Positions 14,840 through 25,059 of a stretch of DNA of 64,000 nucleotides are shown in pieces. The stretch comes from an uncultured Gemmatimonadales bacterium. GTDB taxonomy: Bacteria; Gemmatimonadota; Gemmatimonadetes; Palauibacterales; Palauibacteraceae. How positions within the stretch are numbered: the stretch's first letter is position 1; each line of letters starts with the position of its first letter. Both the position numbers and the translations under genes were made by a program. Below the pieces are notes generated by a model, which ran no database searches, was not told the origin of the DNA, and saw only the letters and a program-made list of their open reading frames with translations. Where the stretch lies: positions 544,001 through 608,000 of the forward strand of contig CAWANJ010000001.1 in the NCBI GenBank assembly GCA_963783385.1, given 5' to 3'.

Positions 14840-16498
14840 TCAGCCGGCCCCCCCGGCCGCCTCGGCCGCCTCGGCCTCGATCTCCCTCGCCGCCTCCTGC
14901 GCGAAGTCCTCGGTCCCGCCCTGGGTCTCCCGGAACATGGGCCGATACTGCTCGATGGCCTCCGTGAGAGCCTCGTCGGTCTCGTCGGAGAGCTTGCCGC
15001 TGTCGCGGATGGCCTGGCCGATCTCGGGGTGCGAGGAGCGCACGAACTCCAGGAAGCCCTTCTCCCACGCGCGGATCTTCCCCACGTCCAGGTCGTCCAG
15101 GTGGCCGCGGGTGACGGCGAAGATCACCATCACCTGCTCCTCCACCGGCATGGGCGCATACTGACCCTGCTTGAGCGCCTCCACCGTGCGCTCGCCGCGC
15201 GACAGCTGGCGCTGGGTGGCCGGGTCGAGCTCGGAACCGAACTGCGCGAACGCCTCGAGCTCGCGGTACTGGGCCAGGTCGAGCCGGAGCTGGCCGGCCA
15301 CGCTCTTCATGGCCTTGATCTGGGCGTTGCCGCCCACCCGGGACACCGAGATCCCCACGTTCACGGCCGGCCGGACCCCGGAGTAGAACAGGTCCGTCTC
15401 CAGGTAGATCTGCCCGTCGGTGATAGAGATCACGTTGGTCGGAATGTAGGCCGACACGTCCCCGGCCTGCGTCTGGATGATCGGGAGCGCCGTGAGCGAC
15501 CCGCCCGGCTCCGCGATGTCCCCGTGCTGCGCTACCACCTCCGGGTCCTCGCTGATCTTGGCCGCTCGCTCCAGCAGCCGGCTGTGCAGGTAAAAAATGT
15601 CGCCCGGGTACGCCTCGCGTCCCGGGGGGCGCCGAAGGATCAGGGAGAGCTCCCGGTACGCGTCCGCCTGCTTGGAGAGGTCGTCGTACACGACCAGGGT
15701 GTGCCGCCCCTCCTCATACATGAAGTACTCGGCGATCGCGCAGCCCGAGTAGGGGGCGATGTACTGCATCGTGGCCGGCTCGGACGCGTTGGCCGCCACG
15801 ATGACCGTGTACTCCATGGCGCCTTCGCGCTCCAGGCGCTCGACCACCGAAGCCACCGTCGAGGCCTTCTGGCCGATGGCCACGTACACGCAGATCACGT
15901 CGGTGGCGCGCTGGTTGATGATCGTGTCGATCGCGATCGCCGTCTTCCCGGTCCGGCGATCGCCGATGATGAGCTCGCGCTGGCCCCGGCCGATGGGGAT
16001 CATCGCATCGATCGCCTTGAGGCCCGTCTGCAGCGGCTCCTTGACCGGCTGGCGGAACACGATGCCCGGCGCCTTGCGGTCCACCTTCATGCTCCGCGCG
16101 GGCTCGATCGGGCCCTTTCCGTCCCGCGGCTCGCCGAGGGCGCTGACCACCCTGCCCAGGTAGGCCGGCCCCGCCGGAACCTCGAGGACGCGGCCCGTGC
16201 GCCGGACCTGGTCCCCCTCCTTGAGCACCAGGTAGTCGCCCAACACGACCGCGCCAATGTTGTCCTCTTCGAGGTTGAGGGCGAGGGCCGTGATCGACCC
16301 CCCCGTCTCGGAAGGCTCGATCTCGAGCATCTCGTTGGCAACGGCCGACGAGAGGCCCCAGATGCGGGCCACGCCGTCCTTCACCTCGAGGACCTCGCCG
16401 ACCTCCTCCATGTGCAGATCTTCCTCGTAGCGGTCGATCTGCTGGATCAGCGCCTTCTTGATCTCGCTCGCCCGGAGCGACCCTTCGGTGGTCGTCAT
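14840..16498 (-). CDS. atpA: ATP synthase alpha subunit
   Basis: [30 protein letters not shown] and SITDGQ. Confidence 0.98.
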   Translation of the reverse strand: MTTTEGSLRASEIKKALIQQIDRYEEDLHMEEVGEVLEVKDGVARIWGLSSAVANEMLEIEPSETGGSITALALNLEEDNIGAVVLGDYLVLKEGDQVRRTGRVLEVPAGPAYLGRVVSALGEPRDGKGPIEPARSMKVDRKAPGIVFRQPVKEPLQTGLKAIDAMIPIGRGQRELIIGDRRTGKTAIAIDTIINQRATDVICVYVAIGQKASTVASVVERLEREGAMEYTVIVAANASEPATMQYIAPYSGCAIAEYFMYEEGRHTLVVYDDLSKQADAYRELSLILRRPPGREAYPGDIFYLHSRLLERAAKISEDPEVVAQHGDIAEPGGSLTALPIIQTQAGDVSAYIPTNVISITDGQIYLETDLFYSGVRPAVNVGISVSRVGGNAQIKAMKSVAGQLRLDLAQYRELEAFAQFGSELDPATQRQLSRGERTVEALKQGQYAPMPVEEQVMVIFAVTRGHLDDLDVGKIRAWEKGFLEFVRSSHPEIGQAIRDSGKLSDETDEALTEAIEQYRPMFRETQGGTEDFAQEAAREIEAEAAEAAGGAG

Positions 16499-16543
16499 GG
16501 TCAACCCGTGTGCTCTGCGTTCACGCTTCGCGGAGGACGCACG

Positions 16544-17119
16544 TCACGTCCGTCCCGCCTTCGGCGGCTGCCCGGCGTCCGGCTGCAGCGCCAGATTCCG
16601 GCGCATGTCCTCGAGCCGCCGGCGCACCGACCCGTCCATCACCTGGTCCCCGACCCGGACCACGAGTCCGCCCAGGAGCCGCTCGTCCGTGCTGAAGTGC
16701 GGCACCACCTCCCGGTCGAACGCCCGCTCGAGTCCGCGCTGGATCTCCTCCCGGAGCGCCTCGTCCGGCTCCCGCGACAGGGTGACCGCCGCGTGCACGC
16801 GCCCCTCGCGCTCGTCGAGGAGGTCGCGGTAGGCCGCCTCGATGTCGGGCAGGAGGCGCTGGCGGCCCTTGTCGAGGACCACCAGCAGGAAGCGGAGGAA
16901 GGTCTCGGGCACACGGCCCGAGAGCGCCTCGCGCAACGCCGCCTTCTTGTCGCGGAGATCGACTCGAGGCGTCTCCAGGAAGCGCGTCAGGTCCGGCTCG
17001 GACTCTGCCAGCCAGGCGATCTCGCCCAGGCAGCGCCCGTATTCGTCCGCCTGCTCCTCTCGCACCGCCAGCTCGAGGAGCGTGCGTGCGTAGGTCTCGA
17101 TGACCGGCGAGCGACTCAA
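16544..17119 (-). CDS. atpH: ATP synthase delta subunit
   Basis: YARTLLELA and LLGGLVVRVGDQVMDGSV; TTG start overlaps the atpF stop (TTGA). Confidence 0.93.
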   Translation of the reverse strand: MSRSPVIETYARTLLELAVREEQADEYGRCLGEIAWLAESEPDLTRFLETPRVDLRDKKAALREALSGRVPETFLRFLLVVLDKGRQRLLPDIEAAYRDLLDEREGRVHAAVTLSREPDEALREEIQRGLERAFDREVVPHFSTDERLLGGLVVRVGDQVMDGSVRRRLEDMRRNLALQPDAGQPPKAGRT

Positions 17120-17697
17120 CGGCTCTCCAGGCTCGACAGGTAGTCCTCGACCAGGCGGCGGTCGTCCTCGCCGTCCAGCCGCTCGCGCAGCAGGCGCTCG
17201 GCGGCCGCGATCGCCACATCGACGGCCTCCTGCCGAACCTCCGACACCAGGCGCTCGCGCTCGCGCCCGATCTCTTTGCGCGTGCGCTCGACCAGCTTGG
17301 CCTGCGCCTCGCGCGCCTCGGCGAGGATCTCCTCGCGAAGCCTCTCGCCCGCCTCGCGCCCCTCGGCCAGGATGTCCTGGGCCTCCTTGCGCGCTTCGGC
17401 CAGCTCGCGCCTGTGGCGCTCCAGGAGACGGCGCGCCTCCTCCCGGTCCTCGGCCGCCTCGTCGATGGCGTCCTGGATCTTCCGCTGGCGCTCCTCGAGG
17501 CCGCCCGCGATGGCCGGAAACACTTTCCAGACCAGGACGCCGAGCGTGACCAGGAACAGGACCCACGTCCACACCGAGAGCCCGACATCGACGGAGAAGA
17601 TGCCGGACCCGCCCTCGTGCGCGGCCTCCTGCGCCTGGAGCGCCGCCGGCAGCGCCAGGGCGCCGACCGCCAGCAGGGTGGACCGGAGCGAGGTCAC
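17116..17697 (-). CDS. atpF: ATP synthase Fo subunit b
   Basis: TM segment followed by charged coiled coil (LEERQRKIQDAI); operon position. Confidence 0.93.
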   Translation of the reverse strand: MTSLRSTLLAVGALALPAALQAQEAAHEGGSGIFSVDVGLSVWTWVLFLVTLGVLVWKVFPAIAGGLEERQRKIQDAIDEAAEDREEARRLLERHRRELAEARKEAQDILAEGREAGERLREEILAEAREAQAKLVERTRKEIGRERERLVSEVRQEAVDVAIAAAERLLRERLDGEDDRRLVEDYLSSLESR

Positions 17698-17945
17698 TTG
17701 ATGAAGCCCGCGATCACCAGCGCGAAGAACGCGACGCCCTCGACCAGCGCCGCGAGGATAATCGCGGCCGTCTGGATCTGGGTGTACGCCTCCGGCTGGC
17801 GGGCGATGGCCTCGGTCATCCGGCCGCCGATCAGCCCGATCCCGATCCCGGCCCCGATGACGGCCAGGCCACCCCCGATGACCGAGAGGCCGGGGCCGAC
17901 GGTCGAGCCGGCGGCTCCCTGCAGCAGCGCGAGCAAGTGAAGCAT
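17694..17945 (-). CDS. atpE: ATP synthase Fo subunit c (H+-type)
   Basis: GAGIGIG, ARQPE and ALVEG; lacks the Na+ ligand Q/ES signature. Confidence 0.96.
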   Translation of the reverse strand: MLHLLALLQGAAGSTVGPGLSVIGGGLAVIGAGIGIGLIGGRMTEAIARQPEAYTQIQTAAIILAALVEGVAFFALVIAGFIK

Positions 17946-18025
17946 CGAATTTCTCCCTGTGGTTCAGTGGCTGTGGGTCGAACGCGGGACGCTCCGTGCG
18001 TCCCCCAGGATGACGTCCCGGCCCA

Positions 18026-19003
18026 TCAGTGCGCGTGCCGAATGAGGCCGATGAACACGGCCGTCAGCGTCGCGAAGATGTAGGCCTGCAGGAACGCCAC
18101 GAAGATCTCGACGAACATCACGAACAGGCTCAGCGCCATCGGTCCCACGATGGCCGTGTAGCCGGTGACCGCGTGGAAACTCCCGTACGTCAATATGAGG
18201 CCCAGCAGGGCGAGAATCACGAAGTGCCCCGACGCCATGTTGGCGAAGAGTCGCACGGCGAGCGCGAAGATCCTCGTGAGCTTGCTGAGCAGCTCGACCG
18301 GTGGCATGACGATGAACATGACCCCGGTCATGATCGGGTTGAGGCCCTTGGGGATGGCGAAGATGGTCCGCATGTACCCCTTCGGGCCCAGCGACCGGTA
18401 GCCCGAGATCTCGATCACGAACAGCGATGTGATCGCCAGAGCCCCGGTCACGGAGATGTTCGCCGTGGCGCTGGCCCCCCACGGGAGCAGCCCGAGCAGG
18501 TTCGCGTACAGGATGAAGAAGAACAGCGTCACCACGTAGGGGACGTACACCTCGCCCCCTCGCCCAATGTTGGCCATCGCCACGTCGTCGCGCAGGAACA
18601 GGTAGAACGCCTCCATGACGTTGAGCAGGCCGCCCGGGGCCGCCTCGCCCTGATTGAGCCGGCGGGCCTGCCGGCCCGCCAGCCACATCGTCAGGATCGT
18701 GAGGATCGTGGCGACGAACAGGAAGACGACGTGCTTGGTGATGGACAGGTCGATCGTGATGCCCAGGACGTGGATCGGCGGGAACTGGAGTCCGCTCAGG
18801 TCCAGGGTCCCGAGGGGGCCGAACTCGATGGCCGGAGCGTTGGTCAGGTGGTGGATGAGGTCGGCCGTCGTGAGCTTGGAGCCGCCGGACGTGGCCGCCG
18901 CGACCGTGTCGGCCACGCCGGCGTGCGCCGCCGCTTCCTGGATGCGGGTCGCGAGGGCCAGCGAGGCCCGCGGCAAGCCTTTCAGTAGCTCTGTCATGAC
19001 CAC
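18026..19003 (-). CDS. atpB: ATP synthase Fo subunit a
   Basis: ATANISVT, ALAVRLFANMASGH and EIFVAFLQAYIF. Confidence 0.96.
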   Translation of the reverse strand: MVMTELLKGLPRASLALATRIQEAAAHAGVADTVAAATSGGSKLTTADLIHHLTNAPAIEFGPLGTLDLSGLQFPPIHVLGITIDLSITKHVVFLFVATILTILTMWLAGRQARRLNQGEAAPGGLLNVMEAFYLFLRDDVAMANIGRGGEVYVPYVVTLFFFILYANLLGLLPWGASATANISVTGALAITSLFVIEISGYRSLGPKGYMRTIFAIPKGLNPIMTGVMFIVMPPVELLSKLTRIFALAVRLFANMASGHFVILALLGLILTYGSFHAVTGYTAIVGPMALSLFVMFVEIFVAFLQAYIFATLTAVFIGLIRHAH

Positions 19004-19024
19004 CGAGAGTCCATCTCCGTTGAT

Positions 19025-19390
19025 CTATGCGATCCGGCTCGACGTCCACCACAGCCACGCCGCTTCGGCGAGCAAGAACGCCACCATCGCCGCGCCGTAC
19101 GCCACCGCCGCCTGCCGGCGGTCCGCGCCCAGCGGCGGCGCCACGACGAGGACCGCTCCCACGCCGGCCAGGCGCAACGCCAGTCCCAGCGCCCAGCGTC
19201 CCGTGACGCCCTCACCCCGGGCTAGCGCCGCCGCCAGGAGCCACGTCGCCCAGGCCTGCAGCCCCCACGCCACGCCGGCGCCGAGCGCCGTCTCTCCGAC
19301 GGGTCCGCCCGCGGCCGAGGTCACGCCCGTACCGACGACCACCAGCAGCGCGGTGCAGACGAGGTAGGCGTATCGGGCTCCCGGGCTCAC
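19025..19390 (-). CDS. AtpI-like 4-TM membrane protein
   Basis: Four hydrophobic segments; position between atpZ-like gene and atpB. Confidence 0.6.
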   Translation of the reverse strand: MSPGARYAYLVCTALLVVVGTGVTSAAGGPVGETALGAGVAWGLQAWATWLLAAALARGEGVTGRWALGLALRLAGVGAVLVVAPPLGADRRQAAVAYGAAMVAFLLAEAAWLWWTSSRIA

Positions 19391-19716
19391 GGGGAGGGGC
19401 CGCGGTCGTGACCGCCCCCCTCCCGGTCATCGCCGTTCTTCGGTCCGGTCCCGAGCCCCCCGGGCAGAAGCTCGTGGATCATGTGGTAGAATCCACCGGC
19501 GAAGCCCAGGATGGCGCCGAGAATGACGAACAGCGGCGCCGTCGAGAGCCGGGCGTCCGCCCACCGTCCCAGAAGTGCGAAAGCAGCCGTGGCGAGCGCC
19601 AGGGTGATGCCGTGGCCGGCATAGCGCGCCATCTCGACCAGCGGACCCCCGGGCGTGCCGCCCACACCGGGCTCGTTTTCGCCGCGGGAGGGCCCGTCAG
19701 ATGAATCCGGGGCCAT
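19387..19716 (-). CDS. AtpZ/AtpI family protein
   Basis: LGRWADARLSTAPLFVILGAILGFAGG matches the ATPase_gene1 pattern; first gene of the operon. Confidence 0.8.
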   Translation of the reverse strand: MAPDSSDGPSRGENEPGVGGTPGGPLVEMARYAGHGITLALATAAFALLGRWADARLSTAPLFVILGAILGFAGGFYHMIHELLPGGLGTGPKNGDDREGGGHDRGPSP

Positions 19717-19751
19717 GCACGCCTCCTGTGCGCCGGCCGAAAGCCGCGGCG

Positions 19752-19780
19752 ATGATACCTGCTTGTGAAAAATTACGCAA
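19752..19780 (-). promoter_or_regulatory. atp operon promoter overlapped by a Rex-like operator
   Basis: Minus strand TTGCGT-N17-TATCAT; 19763-19780 TTGTGAAAAATTACGCAA matches TTGTGAA-N4-TTCACAA at 12/14 positions. Confidence 0.6.
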
Positions 19781-19792
19781 GCCCGCTCCGGC

Positions 19793-19822
19793 TTGACGCT
19801 TCGGTCGCCTCGAATCTAGCTT
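19793..19822 (+). promoter_or_regulatory. Divergent sigma70-type promoter for CNNM-thiO
   Basis: TTGACG-N18-TAGCTT. Confidence 0.5.
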
Positions 19823-19983
19823 GAACTGGCACCCAACGGCCCGTCCGCCGCCCTGGCCCGAAGGCGGGCGCCACCTCACCCGCACCCAGCCGGGAGCAGC
19901 CGAGCAATGGGCGAGTCGAGCGCCACATCGCCCGAAGGGGACAGAGGCGACGACGTCCCTAGACGACGACGCGGGCGGTCGAC

Positions 19984-21267
19984 GTGATCGAGGCCGTCGC
20001 GCTCCTCGTCCTCCTCCTCCTCTCCGCCTTCTTCTCCGGGTCCGAGATCGCCCTGTTCTCGATCTCACAGGCGAGGGCGCGCGCGCTCGCCGACGAGGGC
20101 CGCCGGGGCTCGGGCGCGCTGGCCGAGCTGCGCTCGCAGCCCGATCGGCTCCTGATCACGATCCTCATCGGCAACAACGTCGTCAACATCGCGGCCGCCT
20201 CCATCGCGACCTTCGAGGCCACCCGCGCCTTCGGCTCGGCCGGCGTCGGACTGGCCACCGGGGCCGTGACGCTCCTCGTCCTGTTCTTCGGCGAGATCAC
20301 GCCCAAGAGCTTCGCGTCCTCGCACGCGGTATCCTTCTCGCTGTTCGCGGCGCCGATCGTCCTCGGGCTGTCCCGCGCCCTCTTCTTCCTGGTGGTTCCG
20401 CTGGAGCACCTCACCCGCATGTTCGTCCCGCGCGGCGCGAGCCGGAGCGCGCCCGGCGTCACCGAGATGGAGATCCGGCGCCTCACCCAGATGGGCCACC
20501 TGGCAGGCGCCATCGAGGGGCACGAGCGCCAGCTCATCGAGCGTGCCTTCCTCATGGACACGACGCGGGCGTGGGAGGTCATGACGCCGCGGGTCGACAT
20601 CTTCGCCTGGCCCCGGACCCGCACGGTGGACGAGCTGGCTCCGGAGCTGGGGACCGTCCCCTACAGCCGCATCCCCGTCTACGACGAGTCGCTCGACGAC
20701 ATCACCGGCGTGCTCTACCTGCGTGACGCGTTCGAGGCTCTCGTCGGGGGCCGCGGAGCGACGACCCTGGCGGAGCTCGCCCGCGAGCCCTTCTTCGTGC
20801 CCGGGAGCGTCACGCTGGTCGAGCTACTTGGCGAGTTCCAGGCGCGCCGCGTGCACATGGGAGTGGTGGTGGACGAATACGGCGGGACCGACGGACTCGT
20901 CACCCTCGAGGACATCCTCGAGGAGCTGGTGGGCGAGATCGTGGACGAGGTGGACGTGCCCGAGGAGACGATCGTCCGGATCAGCCGTGACGAGGCGCTG
21001 GTGGACGGCTCGGCGGACCTCCGGGACATTAACGACGTGTTCGGCACCGAGCTGCCGGTGGCCGAGCACCGGTCGCTCAACGGCTACCTCCTCGAGGAGC
21101 TCGGCCGGGTGCCCCGACCGCACGAGACGGTCGAGCGCCAGGGCCTGAGGATGGAAGTGCTGGGCAGCACGGGCACGCAGGTGACCCGCGTGCGGCTGGT
21201 TCGCGCCGGGACCCGCCGGACCGAGCGCGGCGGACACTCGACGGTCGACGCCCGCCCGGCGGACTGA
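19984..21267 (+). CDS. CNNM/CorC (HlyC) family protein: DUF21 + CBS pair + CorC domain
   Basis: SAFFSGSEIALFS, FFGEITPK, MTPRVD and VVDEYGGTDGLVTLEDILEELVGEI. Confidence 0.92.
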   Translation: MIEAVALLVLLLLSAFFSGSEIALFSISQARARALADEGRRGSGALAELRSQPDRLLITILIGNNVVNIAAASIATFEATRAFGSAGVGLATGAVTLLVLFFGEITPKSFASSHAVSFSLFAAPIVLGLSRALFFLVVPLEHLTRMFVPRGASRSAPGVTEMEIRRLTQMGHLAGAIEGHERQLIERAFLMDTTRAWEVMTPRVDIFAWPRTRTVDELAPELGTVPYSRIPVYDESLDDITGVLYLRDAFEALVGGRGATTLAELAREPFFVPGSVTLVELLGEFQARRVHMGVVVDEYGGTDGLVTLEDILEELVGEIVDEVDVPEETIVRISRDEALVDGSADLRDINDVFGTELPVAEHRSLNGYLLEELGRVPRPHETVERQGLRMEVLGSTGTQVTRVRLVRAGTRRTERGGHSTVDARPAD

Positions 21268-21282
21268 GCGGAGGATGCCAGG

Positions 21283-22419
21283 GTGATCGAGGAGGGGGTC
21301 CTGGTGGTCGGCGCGGGCATCGCCGGAGCCGCGGTGGCGCTGGAGCTGCGGGACCGGGGGCGGAAGGTGCTCGTCCTGGAGGCGCGTCGCGACCGCGGCG
21401 CGCCCCCGGAGCGGGTCGCCACGGGGGCCTCGGCCGGAATGCTGGCGCCCCAGTACGAGATCTCGGACGACGAGGCCCTGATCCGCCTCGCCGTGGCCAG
21501 CCGGGAGCGCCACCCCGCCTTCGTGCGTCACGTCGAGCAGCTGGCCGGGGTCGAGCTCGGACTCAGGATGGGGGGCATGCTGGTCGCGGCCTTCTCCGAC
21601 GAGGCCCGCCGGGAGATGGAGACGGACGCGGCCCGCCACCGGGCCCTGGGCCTGTCGGCCGAGGTCATCGCGCCCAAGGACGCGCTCCGGCTGCAGCCCG
21701 GCCTGAGCCCGGAGGCGGCGGCGTGGATGTGGCTGCCGGACGAGGGACGCCTGGACACGCAGCGGCTCGCCGCGGCCCTGCCGGCCGCCCTCGAGGCGGC
21801 CGGCGCCGAGGTACGCTACGGCGCCAGGGTGCTCCGGATCCTCGAGCGGGGCGGAACCGTGTGGGGCGTGGAGCTGGACGGCGGCGATGTCCTGCGCGCC
21901 GGGCGGCTGGTCCTGGCGGCCGGCGCCTGGTCCGGCCGCGTGGACGGCCTGCCCCGCGCCCTGCCCGTGCGCCCGGTGCGCGGCCAGATGCTGCGCTACG
22001 CGCCCAACGCCGCGCCGGCTGTGTCGCGGCTGGTGGCGCGCCGTGACGGGGCGTACATGGTGCCGCGCACCGACGGAACCGTGCTGGCGGGAAGCACGAT
22101 GGAGGAGGCGGGCTTCGATGCCTCGGTCACCCCCGAGGGCGAGGCCCGGATCCGCTCCGGTGCCGCCAGCCTCGTGCCGGCCGCGGCCGGGCTCGAGCCG
22201 GTGGAGCGCTGGGCCGGGCTGCGGCCCCTGTCGGCCGACGGAGCCCCGATCCTCGGGCCGGACCCGGCCCTGGAAGGTCTCTATTACGCGACCGGATATG
22301 GCCGCAACGGCATTCTGCTCGGGCCGGCCGCCGGCGCCATCCTGGCGGCCCAGCTGGCCGGCGGCGACTCCGGGCCGAACTGGCGCACCTTCTCGGTGGC
22401 CAGGTTCGACCGGGCCTGA
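21283..22419 (+). CDS. thiO: Glycine oxidase ThiO / FAD-dependent oxidoreductase
   Basis: GAGIAG Rossmann motif, AGML, PVRGQ, WAGLRP and GYGRNGILL. Confidence 0.8.
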   Translation: MIEEGVLVVGAGIAGAAVALELRDRGRKVLVLEARRDRGAPPERVATGASAGMLAPQYEISDDEALIRLAVASRERHPAFVRHVEQLAGVELGLRMGGMLVAAFSDEARREMETDAARHRALGLSAEVIAPKDALRLQPGLSPEAAAWMWLPDEGRLDTQRLAAALPAALEAAGAEVRYGARVLRILERGGTVWGVELDGGDVLRAGRLVLAAGAWSGRVDGLPRALPVRPVRGQMLRYAPNAAPAVSRLVARRDGAYMVPRTDGTVLAGSTMEEAGFDASVTPEGEARIRSGAASLVPAAAGLEPVERWAGLRPLSADGAPILGPDPALEGLYYATGYGRNGILLGPAAGAILAAQLAGGDSGPNWRTFSVARFDRA

Positions 22420-22440
22420 GCGCCGGGGCTGGGGCGGAGC

Positions 22441-23208
22441 CTACCCCAGCCCCACCAGGCGCAGGTAGAGGGCGATCAGCGCCTGCCCCGCCACGAGCGC
22501 AACCGAGCCGCCCAGGGCCAGGAACACCCCGAAGGGCACGAGCCGCTTCGTCTTCAGGCTGATCGGCCCGAACACCACGGAACCGAGGAGGGCGCCGAGG
22601 AAGATGGTGAGCAGAGCGCCGGTCGGACCCAGAAAGGCGCCCACCATGGCCATCATCTTGACGTCCCCCGCGCCCATGGCCGGGCGGCGGAGCGCCTTCT
22701 CTCCCAGCCACCCGACCACGAACAGAGCCAGGAACCCGGTGGCCGCCCCCGCCACCGAGGTCAGCGGGGTGGGCGGCCCGGGCAGAAGGGACACGGCGAG
22801 ACCCGCCCCCAGGCCCCCCAGGCTGAGGACGTCGGGAATCAGGTAGTGGCGCGCGTCGATGAGAGCGATGGCCAGGAGCAGGCTCACGAACACGCCGGCC
22901 TGGAGAGCCTTCCACTCCGGTCCATAGAGGAGCGCGGCTCCAACCCAGATGAGCGCGCCCGCGAGCTCCACCAGCGGATACTCCATGGAGATGCGCTCGC
23001 CGCAGTCCCGGCAACGACCGCCGAGCCACACGTAGCTGAGCACGGGGATGTTGTCGAACCACCGGATCTGGCTGGCGCAGTTGGGGCAGCGAGAGCGGGG
23101 CGTGACGACCGACTCGCCGGCCGGAAGCCGGGCGATGCACACGTTCAGGAAGGAGCCCACCGCGGCCCCGAGGAGGGCCGCGTAGACCACGCACAGGACG
23201 TTCAGCAC
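22441..23208 (-). CDS. pilD: Prepilin peptidase / N-methyltransferase
   Basis: [12 protein letters not shown], two CxxC motifs, [18 protein letters not shown] and PFGVFL. Confidence 0.95.
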   Translation of the reverse strand: MLNVLCVVYAALLGAAVGSFLNVCIARLPAGESVVTPRSRCPNCASQIRWFDNIPVLSYVWLGGRCRDCGERISMEYPLVELAGALIWVGAALLYGPEWKALQAGVFVSLLLAIALIDARHYLIPDVLSLGGLGAGLAVSLLPGPPTPLTSVAGAATGFLALFVVGWLGEKALRRPAMGAGDVKMMAMVGAFLGPTGALLTIFLGALLGSVVFGPISLKTKRLVPFGVFLALGGSVALVAGQALIALYLRLVGLG

Positions 23209-23981
23209 CGCTGCTTCCTGGATGAGAAGATCCGGTCCATGAGGATCGCGGCCGCCACGGCCACGTTGAGCGATTCGACATCCGCCGCCATGGCGATCGC
23301 CACCCGCCGGTCCGCCGCCGCCAGCAGCTCCGGGGACACCCCGCGGCCCTCGTTGCCGAGGACGAGGGCGACCCGCTCGGGAAGCGCGCCGCCGCGCCGG
23401 AAGGGCTCCCCGTCCGCATCCGCCGCCCACACCGACCAGCCCCCGGCCGCCAGCCGCTCCACGGCTTCGGCGCGCGAGGCCCGCACCACGGGCAGGCGGA
23501 AGATCGACCCCGCCGACGCCCGTACCGCCTTCGGGTTCCAGGGATCCACCGTGCCCTCGACCGCCACCGCGCCGCCGACCCCGAGCCCCTCGGCCGTGCG
23601 CAGCAGCGTGCCGAGGTTGCCGGGATCCTGCACGCCGTCGAGCACGACGACGTCGGCGGCCGGCAGGTCGCTCCATCCGCGCGCCGCGACCTCGAACACG
23701 GCCAGGGTCCCCTGTGGCGTCACCGTGTCGGCCAGGGTCTCGAGGTCGCGCGGCTCCACGCGCTCGCATGCGATCCCCGCGGCGCGGGCGCGCCCGAGCA
23801 GAGCGGCCGTGGAGGGCTCGGCGGCCGCTTCCTCCGTGAAGAGCACGGCGCGGACCGGGACCATCGCATCGAGCAACTCCTCCAGCAGGCGAGGGCCCTC
23901 GGCGAGCGCGAGGCCGTGCTCCTCGCGCCCCTTGCGACGCCCGAGGGCGCGCCATCGTTTGAGCTGCGAGCGACTGGGCAT
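23202..23981 (-). CDS. TrmH/SpoU family RNA methyltransferase
   Basis: [23 protein letters not shown] and [11 protein letters not shown]. Confidence 0.93.
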   Translation of the reverse strand: MPSRSQLKRWRALGRRKGREEHGLALAEGPRLLEELLDAMVPVRAVLFTEEAAAEPSTAALLGRARAAGIACERVEPRDLETLADTVTPQGTLAVFEVAARGWSDLPAADVVVLDGVQDPGNLGTLLRTAEGLGVGGAVAVEGTVDPWNPKAVRASAGSIFRLPVVRASRAEAVERLAAGGWSVWAADADGEPFRRGGALPERVALVLGNEGRGVSPELLAAADRRVAIAMAADVESLNVAVAAAILMDRIFSSRKQRC

Positions 23982-24042
23982 GCTCCTGCGGTCGGAAGCC
24001 GCGGGGCGGTTCGTCCACCCCGACCGGGACGTGCGAGGTACC

Positions 24043-24926
24043 ATGACGATCCATGCGACGCCGACCCAACTTGCCGCGGCCGGCCCGGAGCGCGCCAGCG
24101 CCCCGCCCGTCGCGCTGACGATCGCGGGCAGCGACTCGGGCGGCGGCGCGGGAATCCAGGCCGACCTCAAGACGTTCCAGGCGTTCGGCGTGTTCGGAAC
24201 CTCGGCGATCACGGCGATCACGGCCCAGAACACGCTCGGCGTCCGGGGCATCCGGACCGTCGATCCGGAGATGGTGCGCGCGCAGATCCTCGCCGTGGTC
24301 GAGGACCTGCATCCGGCCGCGGCCAAGACGGGCATGCTGGCCGAAGCCGCCATCATCGAGGCGGTCGCGGACACCCTCGCCGGGGGGGCGCCGATCCCGA
24401 GGCTGGTCGTCGACCCGGTCATGGTGGCGGCCAGCGGCGACCCTCTGCTGGCCGAGGGCGCCGAGGCGGCCCTCCGCGGGCGCCTCCTCCCTCTGGCCAC
24501 GCTGGTCACGCCCAACCTCGACGAGGCCTCGCGCCTGCTCGGGAGGCCGGTCCGCGACGTGGAGGCAATGCGGTCGGCGGCGTCCGACCTGGCCGAGGCC
24601 ACCGGGGCGGCCATCCTCATCAAGGGAGGTCACCTGGCGGGCGACGTGGTGGTGGACCTCCTGCTCCAGGAAGGCCGGTGGAGGGAGTGGCGGGCTCCCC
24701 GAATCGAGACCCGCGGCGGGCACGGAACCGGGTGCACCCTGTCGGCCGCGATCGCCGCCGGGCTCGCCCTGGGCCGGCCCCTGGAGGACGCGGTGGACCG
24801 TGCCATCCGCTACACCCGCGCCGCCCTCGCGGCCGCCCCGGCCTCGGGTCGGGCACGGCGCCCCTCCAGCACCGGGTGCCGGTCCCGGGCATGCCGGCTA
24901 ACGAGCCAGCGCGTAGCCGCCGGTGA
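24043..24926 (+). CDS. thiD: HMP/HMP-P kinase (frameshift at ~24840)
   Basis: [31 protein letters not shown] and HGTGCTLS; the C-terminal [10 protein letters not shown] lies in a shifted frame. Confidence 0.9.
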
Positions 24927-25059
24927 GCCCGACCACCATGAGGGCCGCCCACAGCGTGGCCGGGGCGGGCAGGGGCAGGCGGAGCAGCCGCACGATCCCT
25001 CCCAGCGCGAGCGCCACCGCGATCCCCTGGAGACCGTTCACGGCTTCGGCGGATATCAT
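24898..25059 (-). CDS. XapX-domain (DUF1427-like) small membrane protein
   Basis: 53 aa; two TM helices flanking [11 protein letters not shown]; GGAGG SD; TGATG overlap with the upstream PNP. Confidence 0.7.
   Translation of the reverse strand: MISAEAVNGLQGIAVALALGGIVRLLRLPLPAPATLWAALMVVGLTGGYALAR

Noticed and set aside
17694-17945. Na+-translocating ATPase or N-ATPase
   Set aside because: The c subunit lacks Na+ ligands (has EG rather than ES, and no Gln); gene order is the standard F-type
23982-24042. TPP riboswitch before thiD, thiE or thiO
   Set aside because: Intergenic gaps are too short and lack the CTGAGA/ACCTG core
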